NCBI RefSeq assembly: GCF_036321535.1
Contig: NC_087437.1
Span: 6,200,001 to 6,264,000, forward strand
Origin: Camelus dromedarius
Lineage: Eukaryota
Direction of reading: 5' to 3'
Length of the DNA stretch: 64,000 bases
Position 1 is the stretch's first letter. The number at the start of each line of letters is the position of its first letter. Shown one piece after another: positions 14,570 to 28,215 of the stretch. A program made the position numbers and the translations under genes. The notes under the pieces are model-generated. The model was not told the origin of the DNA, did not search any database, and saw only the letters and a program-made list of their open reading frames with translations.

Positions 14570-14920
14570 AGACTAGAAAATATCAAATATTGATAATGAT
14601 GTGGAGAAACTGAAACCCTCATAAATCCTGGTAGGAATGTACACTAGTGCAGACAATCTATCCAAGGGAATCTATCCAAGGGAAGTGAATACATATGTCT
14701 ACATGAAAGTAAGTGTTCAAATGTTTAAGGAACATTGTTTATAACAGCCCCAAATGGGAAACGATACAATGTCTATCCACCATTGAATAAGCTGTGGTAT
14801 ATCCATACAATGAAATACTCTTCAGCAATAAAAAAGGTAAAATATTGATAAATGCTACAATGTGGTTGGATCTCAAACACATTAAGTGAAATAAGCCAGA
14901 CACAAACCCATGTAATGACC
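14570..14920 (+). mobile_element. L1M ORF2 end / 3' UTR fragment
   Basis: GATGTGGAGAAACTGAAACCCTCAT...TGTGGTATATCCATACAATGAAATACT...TAAGTGAAATAAGCCAGACACAAA. Confidence 0.85.
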
Positions 14921-15055
14921 CTTTTTTTCCTAATAATAATCCTTGTTCTGCTGTCTACTTAGTCTGATATTAATAGTTACTTCAGCTTTCTTTTGTGTAA
15001 TGTTTTCATGGTATAACTTTCTCCATCCATTTACTTTTGACATTTCTATTTCATT

Positions 15056-15389
15056 TATATTAGTTCTCTATTATTGCTATAATAAATTATTACAGATTTA
15101 GCAGCTTAAAACAACACTAACATATTATATTATAGTTGTGTAGGTCAGAATTCTAATACAGGGCTCACTGAGCTAAAATCAAGGTGTGAGCAGGGGTGTG
15201 TACCTTGTTGGTGGCTCTAGGGAATGAATCTGTTTACTTGTTCATTCAGTTCAGTGAATTCAGTTCCTCAACATGTAACCGTAAAAACATCTGCAATGTT
15301 CTCCCTGTCATATAAAGTAACAAATTCACAGGTTCTGCAGGTTAGGGTGTAAAAATATTTGGCAGGGAGGCATTATTCAGCCTGCCACA
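15056..15389 (-). mobile_element. MLT1D-like MaLR solo LTR
   Basis: TATTAGTTCTCTATT...GCTTAAAACAACAC...GCTAAAATCAAGGTGT...CATTATTCAGCCTGCCACA; approximate TSD TCATT/TCTTT. Confidence 0.85.
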
Positions 15390-15693
15390 TCTTTTCATTT
15401 AAAGTATCTTGTATATAGCATGTAACTGTTTCTTGCTTTTTAAAATCTTTTCAGATAACCTCTGCCTCTAAACTGGTATGTTTAGACTATTCATATGAAT
15501 GTGCTTATTGATACAGATGAATTAAAATCTAGCACCCAACTACCTGTTCTGCACCTGTTCTTGTTCCATCTGTCCTTTATTTCTTTTCTCTCATTTTATG
15601 CTTTAAGTCAAGGGTATTCTATCATGCCATTTGATCTCCTCTATTGCATTATTATTTATACTTCTGTTATTTTTTTTAGTGGATGTTCTAGAG

Positions 15694-15898
15694 CAGGGGT
15701 TGACAAACCACAGCATGGGCCAGCCAAATGTTTCTGTGTATTAAATTTTACTGAAACAGAATCATGCCCATATGTTTGTGTACCAAGGCTGCTTCTGTAC
15801 TACAATGGAAGACATGAGTAGCTGAAACAGAGGTCATAAACAAGCAAGCCTTAAATGTATATTATTCTGTCCTATAAGAAAGTATTTTCTGACTCCTG
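15694..15898 (+). mobile_element. MER58A hAT-Charlie element
   Basis: TIRs CAGGGGTTGACAAAC and TTTTCTGACTCCTG, preceded by the Charlie-type target TTCTAGAG. Confidence 0.85.
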
Positions 15899-18800
15899 CT
15901 TTACAATATAAATATTTAATACATCAGAGCTATCCTCAAACAATCCTATATAGTCATGAGTAATGTCAGGACCTTACAACAGTATATTCCCAGTTCTTCC
16001 CTCTCATCCTCTGTGTTATTGTCATCCTATATTTTACTTTTACATATGCTGTAAACACACAATATACTGCTTCTATTTTTGTTTTAGACAGCCATATTTT
16101 TAATTAAAAAGAAGAAAAATGGTTTTATTTTACTTTAATTTATTCCACTTCATATGTCCTTTCTTTTCTTTGTATAGATCCAAGTGCTTTGTCCTGTCAT
16201 ATTTCTCCTGCCTGACAATCCCCCTATAACACCTCTTACAGGGGTGGTTTGCTAATAAATTCCAGTGGTTTTTGCATATCTGGAAAAGTCTTTATGTCTT
16301 CTCCATTTTTTTAAAAAAAGATTTTTTTCATTAGGTATTGAAATCTGGTTTGAGTAGGTGTTTTTTGTTGTTTTTCATTTCCCTTAAGCACATTAAAGAT
16401 GTTACTCTGTGGTCTTCACCTAGCATGTTTTCTGAAGAGAAATTTGTTCTAATTCTTATCTAGTTCTTGTATCTACATGTGATATTTCTGTATTAGTTTT
16501 CTATTATTACTGTAATAATTTTTTTCCGGTTGCCTTTAATTATTTATCTTTTGACTTCAACAGTTTGAATATGATGTGATCATGTTTTGAAATTAGTTTT
16601 ACTTATGTTTGTTTTCTGTGTTTATTATGCTTTGTGTTCTCTGAGCTTCTTGGCTCTGTAGTTTAGTATCTGTCATTAATTCTGGGCAATTATCAACCAT
16701 TATTTCTTCAACTATTTCTTCTGAGATTCCAATTACATGTACCATTTGAGATTGTTTCATGGTTTTTAGGTGTTCTGTTTAATTCTTATTTCTCTTTATG
16801 TTTCAATTTGGTAATTTCTACTGACATATTTTCTAGTTTGTTGATTCTTTTTTTTTTGGTCTGTGTCAACTCTACTGGTGACCCTTGTCATAGACATTAT
16901 TTCTGTTACTGTGTTTTATATTTCTAGGATTTCAATTCGATTTGTAGGTATAATTTTCATCTCTCTGCTGAAATTAACCATCTAATCTTGCATGTTGACT
17001 AGCTTTTCTACTAGAGCATTTAACATATAATTCATCATTAATTAAATTTCCTTGTGAGATAGTGCTAACATCTGTGTCATAACTGTGCCAGACTCTGATG
17101 AGTACTTTGTCTCCTTTGAGTTTGTGTGTGTGCGTGAGCGTGCACGCATGTGTGCTTTTCGTCCTTTTCTCTTTCATATGCTTTTCAATTTTTTGTTGAA
17201 GTTCTTATGAATTACTGTCATCAGGTATGTGGTAGTGGGGACTAAGGTAGTTTTTATGCTTAGAAATGAATACAAACTTCCTTCTAGAACTTTAGCACAG
17301 GGCTATGAGTTAACCCAATAAGGAGTTGAGTTAGTTTGAAGTTTATTGTTGCTATGGTTACACTTGGGAACCATAGGCTACAAATTCCTATATATTGTTA
17401 GGGATGGGGGATTTAGTTTGCCAAAGATTTTTTTTTTTTTCATTCTCATTACTATTCCATAGTCAGTCTTAAGTCTATGTGCTCCAAAAAGGTCTGTCTC
17501 TAGCAAGTTACTTATTATTTGACACATGTTATCCTGGCAACAGGTAGCAAAAAATGGAGGAGAGTGTTCTTTGATCTTCTGTTTAAGTCTTAGTCTTGGT
17601 TGAGCACTGTGTCCCTAGGTCTCTTGTGTATGCCTCCTCAGTGATCCTTTCTCTTGCCTGGTATAGTTCTGGCTCCTGTAGATATTCTTGCCTCTGACCT
17701 GGGGGTTGAGGTTTATTTTTTTTTTCCCCTGTTCCTAATCCCTGGCTTCAAAGAAACTGCACTGGTACCCTAGGGCAACAGTGAGCAGCTCCTCAACAGA
17801 GTTTGGTTTTGTTCCATAAAAGAGGAAGAAGAGTCCAGATGGAGTTTATTGCTCCTTTTGTTATGGCTGCTGTCCCCCTATCCTAGTTCTTCACCACATG
17901 GGAGTTTTTCTTTGGCTGATGGGGTTCATGAGGAAAAATCCACACAATAGGTTGTGGAGTCTTCCTATTTTTGTGCCTTCCAGTGGCTTCACTTCTTCTC
18001 ACCAGACACACCTGCTTCCATCATTCAATAGTCATTTTAGTTGAACTCTTTCTACAGGCGTCTGGCTGACTGGCCCTGGTATGTTAATACTTGCACCCTG
18101 CCTCCCTCTGCAAGAGAAAAATCTGTCTCTCCCTAGACTCTGGACCAGTTCATTGTCTTGTACACTCAATGGGGTCAAGAAAAGTAGTGAACTTACTCTT
18201 TGTCCAGCTTTTTATTGTTATAAGGTTGGAAATGATTTTTTCCACCTTCCCCTACCTTGATCAGAAAACAAGCCATCCCAACAATTTCTATTTAACTCTA
18301 CATATTATGATTTTCAAAGCTTACCCTCATAACTTTCCACTTAGGTTCACTCATTCATCACATGTCTACCTAAAGCTTACTATGTGGCAGGCATGGGAGC
18401 AGAAGCTGATGGCTTCATTCTGCCCAAGTTAAGCAGCTAACTAATATCTGTCATAGAAATGCCCCACCAAGACCAGCTGACCCAACCTCTGACCTTAAGG
18501 GTAAGTATACATGGGTCAAGAAAAAAGATTTCATGATCGTATTTACATGCAGTTAGGTTTAAACAAATAATGTACTTTAATTCAAACAACTTAAAACACT
18601 TTAGTGTAGTGCTACAGAGAATATAGATATGAGTAAGACAAAAAAACTGTATCTTCTATCTCTATATGACTTGCATATAGAGAATAGTTCAAACATTTGA
18701 AAAACAATACTGTGGAGCACACTTTACTCCTCGGTTATATGTGCTTAGGAGAATTTTAAGCCGTGGCTAACTGATTAAGACTCACTATTCATGGGTAACA

Positions 18801-18920
18801 GACAGATGAATTGAAGGCAAAATGCCTTAGAAAAATACGGAGTTTTCCTTGCAAAATTAAACCTGTAAGTTTACAGCAAACAGCAGACAAGGTCAGGATT
18901 AAAGAAAAGAACCCAGGAGG

Positions 18921-19026
18921 ATATATTATTTATATTATATTATATTATATTATATTATATTATATTATATATTATATTATATTATATTATATTATATTAT
19001 ATTATATTATATTATATTATATTATA
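18921..19026. repeat. (ATATT)n pentanucleotide microsatellite, about 20 units
   Basis: Direct reading; explains the YYIIL repeat in ORF 18811-19101. Confidence 0.97.
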
Positions 19027-22000
19027 GGAATATACTGCATGGAATTGAGGGCAGCCTTCATGGAATGTGGTCTGTTCATCTCTGTACCTCTAGGACTCTA
19101 ATGGCAAGTACTCAGTCTTAAATCCTAAAGGCTGAGTTTTTCAGTACATCAGATTTTACTGGAGACAGATATTTCAAGCCAATTCTGTTCATATAAGAAA
19201 TTAAAGTATATATGCCAATTAATGAATGCATTTTATGTGGAGCCAAAAAAAAAATCTGCGAGGAGGATCAGATACTTGTGAGAGACTAAAAACTACAGTC
19301 TCTACATATAAGAAAAACTACCTGGGAAGTCAAGGTTTCAGAACAGAAGTTGACAAGGAAAATGCCACAGTTTTATGAAAGGAAACTAGGAAGATGCTGC
19401 TTTTAATGGCTTCAAAGTCTTTTAACTTGATACATTCATCCTTCCACATCTCTGGAGTAACTGTTGAGAACATTATGGTTTTCTAAAACAACTGCTCCTT
19501 CTGCAGCTAATGCTCAAATGGTTATTACTAATATTTACTACTTTCCATTTCCAGCTGACCTTCCTTGTCACAGATTAAGTTACTCCCTAGGGATGTGTGT
19601 ATCATTAGTCACATCACAGCCAAGTGCTGGATCTGGTCTCTGTCATTTTGCCTCTCTAATATGACCATTCCTACTATGCCATGTATTTTACATAGATTTT
19701 ATCATTTGAATCTCAAGAGGTAATGTTTTAAAATTTTTCCAGTTCTTAGTATATATTCCCCACTATTTCATTTCAGTATATATTATGAAAGAACTAAAGA
19801 TGATGAATTGCTTAAATACCACTTAAATATCAAACTCATGGGGCTACAAAAGTTAAGTAAAAGAAAAGATACTACACAGCAATGTTGGTAATCATACAAT
19901 AACAAAAATTTGCTTCAGTATAATAGTGGGTCAAAGAGATTACTACACCAGCACATGTAAGATTCAATCTTTAGATTAAAAAAGCACTATAACTTTGAGT
20001 TATAAAAAGCTCTGAGAACTGGAAACAGAAATGCAGTCTAGGATAGATTATTCAGACTAATATAGAAGTCTTGGCATGAATAAGGAGAGAACTGTGGTTG
20101 ATCCACAGAACAGTTGGATTATGAACCAGAATATGCAAATCAGGTAACTATTTATGATAATTATTAAAATGTTAACTTGCAGATAAAGCACAGAAAGTAA
20201 CATTCTACAGTAGGTTGATTCAAGCACAGTACAGGACAAGGCTGTATGATTAGAAGTAGATGTACTTTACGGGATGTATTACTCTGAGGCATGTTAGTAC
20301 CAAAGCAATAATGCAAGTACAGCTTGACTTCATTTACAGTTAGGATAAGTGTCTATGACTTCTCTACACATATGCACACAGGCACGCGGGAGCACGCACC
20401 CACATACACCTCAGTCTGGGTGGAAGTCCTTTCCTTACATTTCCAACAGTTTTCTGTAACTATGTTTCATGTATTTATTTAGGTTTCTCTCAAATCCCAG
20501 ACTTGGAAGTTTCCACTCTTTCACCTCTCTACTGAGTATTTCCTGAGTTGTGCTGATTTATTTACTGCCCACAGTGCTTCCATGCTGCTCACACAGTTCT
20601 TCAGCTGCAAAGCCACCACACTCTGCCATCACAACTAACCTGTGGACTGCTGCAGCTCAGAAGATTTGGTATCTGCTTTCACTTTCTCCCTTACTAGTTC
20701 TAAAAATAACCATGAGAATAATCTTCCCATAAATAACCATGTTTATCAAGGTAAGATGTAAGTCAAGGGCTTACAGTACTGGTGTGTGTGTGTGGCTTTA
20801 CTTGATGACTAATTCAAATCTAAACTCCCAACCAAAGAATCAAAGGTCCTGGGAAGTGGTCTCCAATCTTCCTCACTCCCAGTTCTATAATCCCAATGTT
20901 CTAGAAGGGACTTTGGTTTTCATTACACCCATCACTTCGTTTTATACAGTCCTTTCAATTTGTCCTGTCTACGCTTTGAATTTCTGCTTTATTGATTCTG
21001 TTCTTTACTGCCTTTAACAGGTATTTCATTTCAGCTATTATATTTTTATTTATTTCCAGCTCCCTCTTTGTCTTTTCCTGTATCCCAGCCAGATTTCTTT
21101 CATCTCAGTCTTTCAGCATCTTTCATGTGTTTCAAAAGAACACATATGCTTATCAAAAATATTTTAGTAAGAGTTACTTCTTTTTCCTAGATTTAAGTCT
21201 TTTCCACAAATATGTCTTTTCTCTGTCCCCTAAGAACAATGTTCTCCTTATTTCATACTACTGTATCCTTTGGTCTTTGTGGGGCTGTTTACTCATTCCT
21301 GAAAAAGTCAACTCTGTCCTTTCCTAATAAGTGGGAGGGAAGGGGACGGTGGTGGTGAATTAATTTCCTCGGTTTCCTTCATTACCCATATATTTCTATT
21401 TAAATCTTTTAGGCCTTAAGGACCTTCGCTTTTGCCAAATTTCTAATATTAGTTGTCATTTGCTTACTATGGCTCTGAAAAAAAGAGCTGTCCTGGGCTC
21501 CACTGGATCCAGTCTATAGAAAAGAATAATAAATCCTGGATAAACTGAAGCATTACCTTCTCTTTAGAGGTACAGCAATAAAAATGCGAAGCCAGACGGC
21601 ATAGATCCCATGGTTCAACACACCTTCCTGGCATTAATTTTCCTATTTCACAATGAAATGTGCCATTACCTATCTTCTTTTACCTTGGCCACAACACATT
21701 ATCAGGAACTTCACTTCTGTTAAAAGCAATGGAATTGAAAACCAACTAAAACAAAAAATCTTTAAAACCTACTGCTATTCTGTCTCCCCCTGCTACCATT
21801 CTGCCTCTACATCCGTTTACATTTTGGTTTGGATAAATTAATGTTGTCTGACAGGTTAAAATATTTCGGACTGCAGCAATGCTTGATTTTGAATCTGTTT
21901 CTACAAGCATGCAGAAAGTGACACGAGAACTTATGGACTGACTCAGTCCATGACTTAACTTGCTGGTCCCGTTTTGCCTGCCTCGAGGTTCTACTGCATC

Positions 22001-22129
22001 AGATACTGAGGTCCATCTTCCCAAGCTCACGTTCTCTAAGATCTTGTGTTCTGGCTTCTTTGATCACCAGCTATGCTCTCCAAGTCAACCATCAACTCTG
22101 GAAAACCTTACTGTTTGTTCAACAAATTT

Positions 22130-22400
22130 GGGATGGGATTAGGGTGAAGTGAGTGAGGAAAGTTAGGCACTTAAAGTGGCTCATAGAATTTAAGGGGATG
22201 TCAAAAACTCAGTAGGATAAAAATATTTGTAATGTAATTTATTTTAAAAATCAGATGAATGCTAAAAAAATCAACGATTAACAAAAGAAAAACTTAAATG
22301 AAGATTAGTAACACTGCTATTCTAAGCCACACTGAAGCCTAAGGCAAAGGAAAAAAAATCATTAATACTGATGCTTTTACCTGCCTCATCTTAATCTGAG
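22130..22400 (+). mobile_element. MER96B-like hAT element with most of the right arm deleted
   Basis: GATTAGGGTGAAGTGAGTGAGG...AATTTAAGGGG..CAAAAACTCAGTA...AGCCTAAGGCAAAGGAAAAA...CCTGCCTCATCTTAATC. Confidence 0.8.
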
Positions 22401-23715
22401 TCATCTTAGTCTCGAAATATTGTTTGAGCAACTCTGCTTCTCAGCCACTGATCTCCGCTCTGGTCACTGCAGAAGGAAGACCAGGTGGCTGGTTGATGGG
22501 ATCCACACAACTCTGTGATCCTATCTCAACTCTATCCTTTTCTCTTAGCTGTTGGTGATTTTATTAATTTTATTTACAGATTATTTCTCAAGTTCCTCAT
22601 CTGTACTTGCCCTCCTTACTCTTAATAAATGAACTAAAATCAAAGTCATCGAGTAAGAGTTACTGGTTTTCAACTGAAAGAATCACCGCATTCTTCGCAT
22701 ACTCAACACCTGTCTGAATTTTCACCTGCTTTCTTCTGCTTCTCTCCTACCTCAGAGGAAGAGGATTTTCTCTTAATTGCTGACCTTTTATTCTCTCTTT
22801 TCTCCTTTACTGGGACCTTTTCCTTCAAGCACTTATTTCTACGTCAACTTCAAATCCTTCCTCTTTCAAGGGAAACTGGGTGCCACAGGCTGAGAAGTCC
22901 TTTCTAGAGCTAAAGCAGTCTTCCTCTGACCTCGTTTCACCGACTGCACCACTGCCTCCAACAGTGCTGCAGACACTCCTTCCCCCTCATCTGCGTGCCC
23001 ACACACGTGTAATTCGTGGCTTCTGTTCCCACCACCTGATTAAAACCATACAAGAATCCAGTTTTGTATCTCTATCCTTTCTCATCTGTATCCTTCTTCC
23101 ATTACCAGCACTATGTCCCTTCTTAACAGTCCCACCATCTCACAGCCAAATGAAATAACCTGTTAACTGGTGACCTGCCCTTCTAACTAGTGGCTTGATT
23201 CTCTCTCTCCATTTTGTAATCCACTCTACACTGGGCCAGTCTCATTCCTTTATCTCTCTGCCAACACCAACAAGAAATCTCTGCTCTGCTTGAACCTAAA
23301 TAATCACCCTTTTCAGCATGTTGTATACCTTTCTGCCATCTTTGATTTTTCAATCCCTATATTTTGAATGTTCCTCCCATTTCTCCTTGGTAAAACCTAG
23401 TCATGTACAAGGTACATTTTAAGTAAGATCTTTAATTTCTCACTAGATTACAAATTCCTTGAACCTAGGGTTTCTCTCATTCATCTTAATGTTCCCAGCA
23501 CCAAACAAAAGAATGAACCTTAATGAAAAGGAACAGATGGACCATTGCCATAATGTACAGCTATCTTCTTTGGAAAATTCGAGCTATCTGGTAAATAACT
23601 TGGTTTTCTTCAACATATTGACAGATATCATCAAAATTATAATATATTGAGAAGAAAAGGAATTTTCAAGCAAGCAAAGCCCAACTGTGATTCTTCCTGA
23701 ACAAAAATTGAAATT

Positions 23716-24021
23716 GGGGTCCTCAAATTACCGCTGCTTTTATATGGCCTAATGAACTAAGAATGGTTTCTATATTTTCAAATATTTTTTAAATCAAAAG
23801 AAGGATACTCTGTGACCCATGAAAATTATCTGACATTCAAAGTTGAGTCATCATCAGCACAGTCTTATTGGAGCACAGCCACACCCATTCATTTACATGA
23901 TTCCTGCGGCTGCTTTCACATTACAAGGACAGAGCTGAGTGTTGCTGCAGACCATATGGCCTGCAAAGCCTAAAGTATTTATTATCTGGCTATTTACAGA
24001 AAAAAAATCTGTCCACTCCTG
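23716..24021 (+). mobile_element. MER58B hAT-Charlie element
   Basis: GAACTAAGAATGGTTT...TTATTGGAGCACAGCCACACCCATTCATTTAC...GGCCTGCAAAGCCTAAAGTATTTATTATCTGGC. Confidence 0.9.
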
Positions 24022-27000
24022 CTCTGGATCAACAAAGTAATACTCTGAGAAACGTCCCCAGCAGAAGGCAAGGGTGTTACATAAGAGAAAGAAAGGCCCT
24101 GGTGGCCACAGCAAAGCACACTTCTTCTCTAATGTCCAAAGGGCAGTTTTCTGTGAGGGGGAAAGGCTTGAGAAGAACCGTCCTAGTGGTTGACAGAAAG
24201 CAACCAGGTAAGGAATAAAACTTGACTGTTCACTTTTAAATCATTCCTCATCCTCAGAAAAAGAAACCGACTCTCTCCACTCTCCGAATTACCTGCCCCC
24301 CACCAAACTTACTTTAAATTTATTTATATACTTTATAAACATGGATAAACTGACACCCAACTTCCTGGCTGTGGCAAACAGAAATAAACCTACAAATAGG
24401 TTATAAGGTTACATTATCATAAACTGAGAAATATTTCAAGAAGCATTGAATCCTACTGTGTAAATACTGACAGTAAGAAAACTCAATATTAAATATAGCC
24501 AAATTCAAATCTTTGTTTTTGGTGGCCACTTTCTAGTGAACACGTGGTAAATGCCAAAAAAAGTCAACTAAGCAGGGCAATTCCTGGAAGAGTCGTATTT
24601 TTAGCCAACTCCTTCTGGTTCAGTAAGAGGAGATGTAACTTCGACTCAGATGTTGTGCAGACCTGAGTTGCCTCACGACTGACAGAGAACTGATTACACT
24701 TTCTCTTCATACTTCCCAGTTCCTTGCAATCTTTTGTGGCACAGAACTCTGAAGTATCAACACAGTACTTTCTCACATGGATTGCCTCTTGAAAAATATT
24801 TTGGCTCTGCCTGCAAGCATCCCTGCAGTCCACATCAACGGAAGAACAGACCCCAGTGAGAATACACGTTGGCATTCTCACATCACGATGATATGGGGCT
24901 GCCCTGCCGTAAGCATGTTTGGGAGCTAAAACATCTGAGTCGGTTCATTTAGTAAAACCTTACTGAGCTTCTGCTGTGTGCTTAGGGGAATTCAGGGATG
25001 AAACACAACAGCCTCTGCTTTCAAAGAACAAACAGTTTAGTTGGAAAAACAGATGAATAAACCAAATATACAGAATTATCTGTACAAGAGGCTCCTGAAC
25101 TGATAACTCCATAGTTTCAGTTAAGCAGCCGAGACAGTCGAAGTGTCAGAAAAATCATCTAAGGCAACGTGCAGGGGAACTTTTAAAAATTATCTTATTT
25201 CCATTTCTCTTCTCTACTTGCTTACTTTCTCGTTTCCCTAACTCCAGGAAACAGTGATAGGGGTTTTAGATAGTTTATCGGCTAAGAATATAATTTGGGT
25301 TGGCAGACAGTGATCTAATACAGAGCCTAGCCAACATTTCCTTTAAGGATTCTTTTTTTCCCCTTCTCTTTGGATCAAGTGAGACCGCTAGACAAGAGAT
25401 TCCTATAAGAATAAAAGGGCCTAGATCTGACTGGCTTAGGCCCTTCTCTGAGAATTACAATTTTTTTAAGCAATTATACCCTTAATTTTGTTTTTTACTG
25501 TTATCAAAGGTGACTAAAGTAGTACATCTTCCAGAGGAACAGTTAAGTTACTGAAAAATATCAGGATTGGAAAATTTATCACCAAGAAACTTAAAGGCTC
25601 TTTATAATAAAAAAAACAAGATGAGGAAGACTGAATTTTGAAGGTAAATTCTGGAAAGCCTCAGTAAATATTTTGTTTTCTAAAATAAAGCAATAATACT
25701 AAAAAGAAGATATGCTGTGTGATTCCTATGTAAGAATAGTGGATATGACAATCAATTTCCATGTAGCCACTCTTGTTTTTAAAAACCCTATCAGGACCTC
25801 TCTTCCCCTCAAATTTTAATGAGATGATTACAAACACTTTGCTTTGCTGTAGATAAAATGGACACTGAGAAGTATTCTCAATTGGTCTTATTTTGGGTCT
25901 TATCCTTCAACCGACTGTTCAGTGCCTTTCTGATTTGATCAGGTAGGATGCTGACTCCAAAATCAACCAAGACAGGGTCCAGCTTCTGCCACTTTCCCTA
26001 GCCAATCCTCAATTCTCTCCCTCCTGACACCGAGGGAACAGTTAGTTTCAAGGTGAAAGTGGTACAGATACAAAAAGCTACAGCTATTCAAGAGAACAGG
26101 ATGGTGAGTAACGAGCAAAACTTTATGAATATTTATCCATTTTCTTTAAAATATACTTATCAATAACTTTCACCTAAGATCAATGATGATTAGATAAGAG
26201 CCAATTTGATTACTTCCTTTTGAAGTTAAGGCCAAGAAATACTTCATTAGTAATGAGATACTTTTTCTTTCATTAAAGGCTGATAACTATGCAAACCATA
26301 GTGTTAAACTTCTGTCCTGGCCGGGAACCAAAAGCTTTGTGTCTCTGGGGGGTTTCGTTCATTTCATGACAAATAATTATTGAGCCCTGGTGTTGGGAAT
26401 CCAGAAGTGAACAAAACAGACAAGGGACATGCTGCTTGTCTAAAATCCTCTAAAATTCTCTTTTTAAAAAGTTTTTCAAAATATTATTTTTTCCCCTTTC
26501 TATACAGTTTTGGTTTTAACTGATCACATATTTCAGTATGTAAGACTGTTTTTCTCCTAAACTAACCCAGCAAAGGTACTTATAGCCAATATTCACTTCC
26601 TTTCACTTCTGCGAGTTGTCTTAGAAATTAGAACTCCCATTTCTAAGAGAATGTGTAGCTATAACACGTGCTATAAGGTCTTTAAAAACAAGTTAACACC
26701 TTTAAAAACAACACAACCAATTTGTAATTACCAGAATTCCTATCCCAGCCAATCATGTATTTAAAACACACGAATTCCTGAAGATGGCTCCAGTAACTAG
26801 TACCAGATCACCGTAATATGGAAGTCTCATTGTGTAAGCAGGTGTTCCTATTTAAGCACTGAGGCTAATAGAGTCTTCTGAGTAACTGCAGGGCTCTGCC
26901 CTTACCTGACCATGTACACGAACACATATGTTTATCTAGAAGCCTTTCCTTTCCCACAACAGCAATAGCATAAACTCCACCCATTGTTTCCAGCTCATTA

Positions 27001-27804
27001 GGCTAGGAAATCCCTCTGCTTTCCTGGTTGACCAGATAGTCTTTATTCCTCCAGAAAACCACCCTCGCAAGTTCTGTAGTTCTCTCTTGCTTGCTTGGAC
27101 TATCCTGGTCCTTAGTATCTTTCTCCAGTTATTTCCCAGTGGCACAGCTGTGGGCATTTGGAGCAAAGTGGCTCTTCCTTACGTGGAACTGTTTGCACTG
27201 CAAACCTTTAGCACTTACCCAGTAAATGTCAGTGGAGTTTCCTAGTTACCCTGACAACCCCTCTACCTCCACCCAAGTCCCCCCTAAAAAACCCTGCCCT
27301 ACGTGTCTCCATAGGCTTAGGCGTGCGGGTGGGAGGGGAGAGGGGAAGGAGCACTCCCAACTGATAACTGTAACATACAGTGTGTGGACCGTGGACCTGA
27401 ATTCCTTATTTCGTGACAACTAATTTGCCTGTGTTCCTTACTTTCAGAATCTGAACTCTGTATCCCCTAACTGAATCTCCTACCTCCTAAAGCACTTTCT
27501 TATATACTACAGAAAATCTTGCCCTTGCCTCTGCTTAACTCAATCTCTGTTAAGATGAAAACAGAGACTAAATCAAGAAAAAAATAATGTCAGAAGGGAA
27601 GTGTATACTCTGAATACACAGTACAGAATAAGTGAAGTTCCTAAAGATGAATGTCTAAAGAGAAGAATGACCAAAAGGACAGAGGCATCGAGCAGTAAGA
27701 TGATTCAGCCAACTTGGGTCACGTGTATGGTCATTTAGGCAAACCTGAGGAGCCTAACATCCACTGGGGGTAGGAGAGAAGTCTTACAGTAACTTACACC
27801 CCTC

Positions 27805-28215
27805 TGTGCTTACCTGACTTGCAGAACATGCTTGGCAGCTCCTGCTCAGGACCTCTGTGCTTGCTACTTCCTCAGCCTGGAAGGGCCCTGCCCCCAGTAT
27901 TCACGTGGCTCATGCCTTAATTTCCTTTAAGTCTTAGCTCATTTTTTTTCCCCAATAAGACTACCCTGATGTTTAATTCTGCAACCTCCTGACTCTATAT
28001 ACACTATCAATACCCTTAAACTGCAATGTTTCTTTTTTCCCAAAGCAATTCTCACTTTCTAAGACGCTATCTTAATTCTCTATTATGCTTGTTATTTACT
28101 GTCTCCCTCTGCTAGAATGTAAGCTCCACGAGGACAAGGGTCTTCGCTTTGTTCACTGAGGCACCCCAAGCACCCAGAACACAGCTGTGGAACCCAAAAG
28201 GCCTAATGTTTACAA
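27805..28215 (+). mobile_element. L2 3' end
   Basis: CTAGAATGTAAGCTCCACGAGGACAAGGG...TTTGTTCACTG...CCCAAGCACCCAGAACA. Confidence 0.85.

Larger units (their letters stand above)
14930..18275 (-). mobile_element. Old L1M element (5' UTR, ORF1, start of ORF2), interrupted by MLT1 and MER58A
   Basis: T-rich antisense L1 motifs such as GTCTGATATTAATAG..CAGCTTTC, CAGTTTGAATATGATGTG and CCATTATTTCTTCAACTATTTCTTCTG. Confidence 0.8.

Noticed and set aside
21557..21630. Possible minus-strand micro-exon ending AAG|GTAATG
   Set aside because: The acceptor lacks a pyrimidine tract and the peptide is not TBC1D5.
24564..24881. 105-aa Cys-rich minus-strand ORF
   Set aside because: No recognisable homology, no ATG start and no convincing splice sites; length is compatible with chance.
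26830..27420. Possible old LTR ending GTGACA
   Set aside because: I could not assign a family, termini or TSD with confidence.
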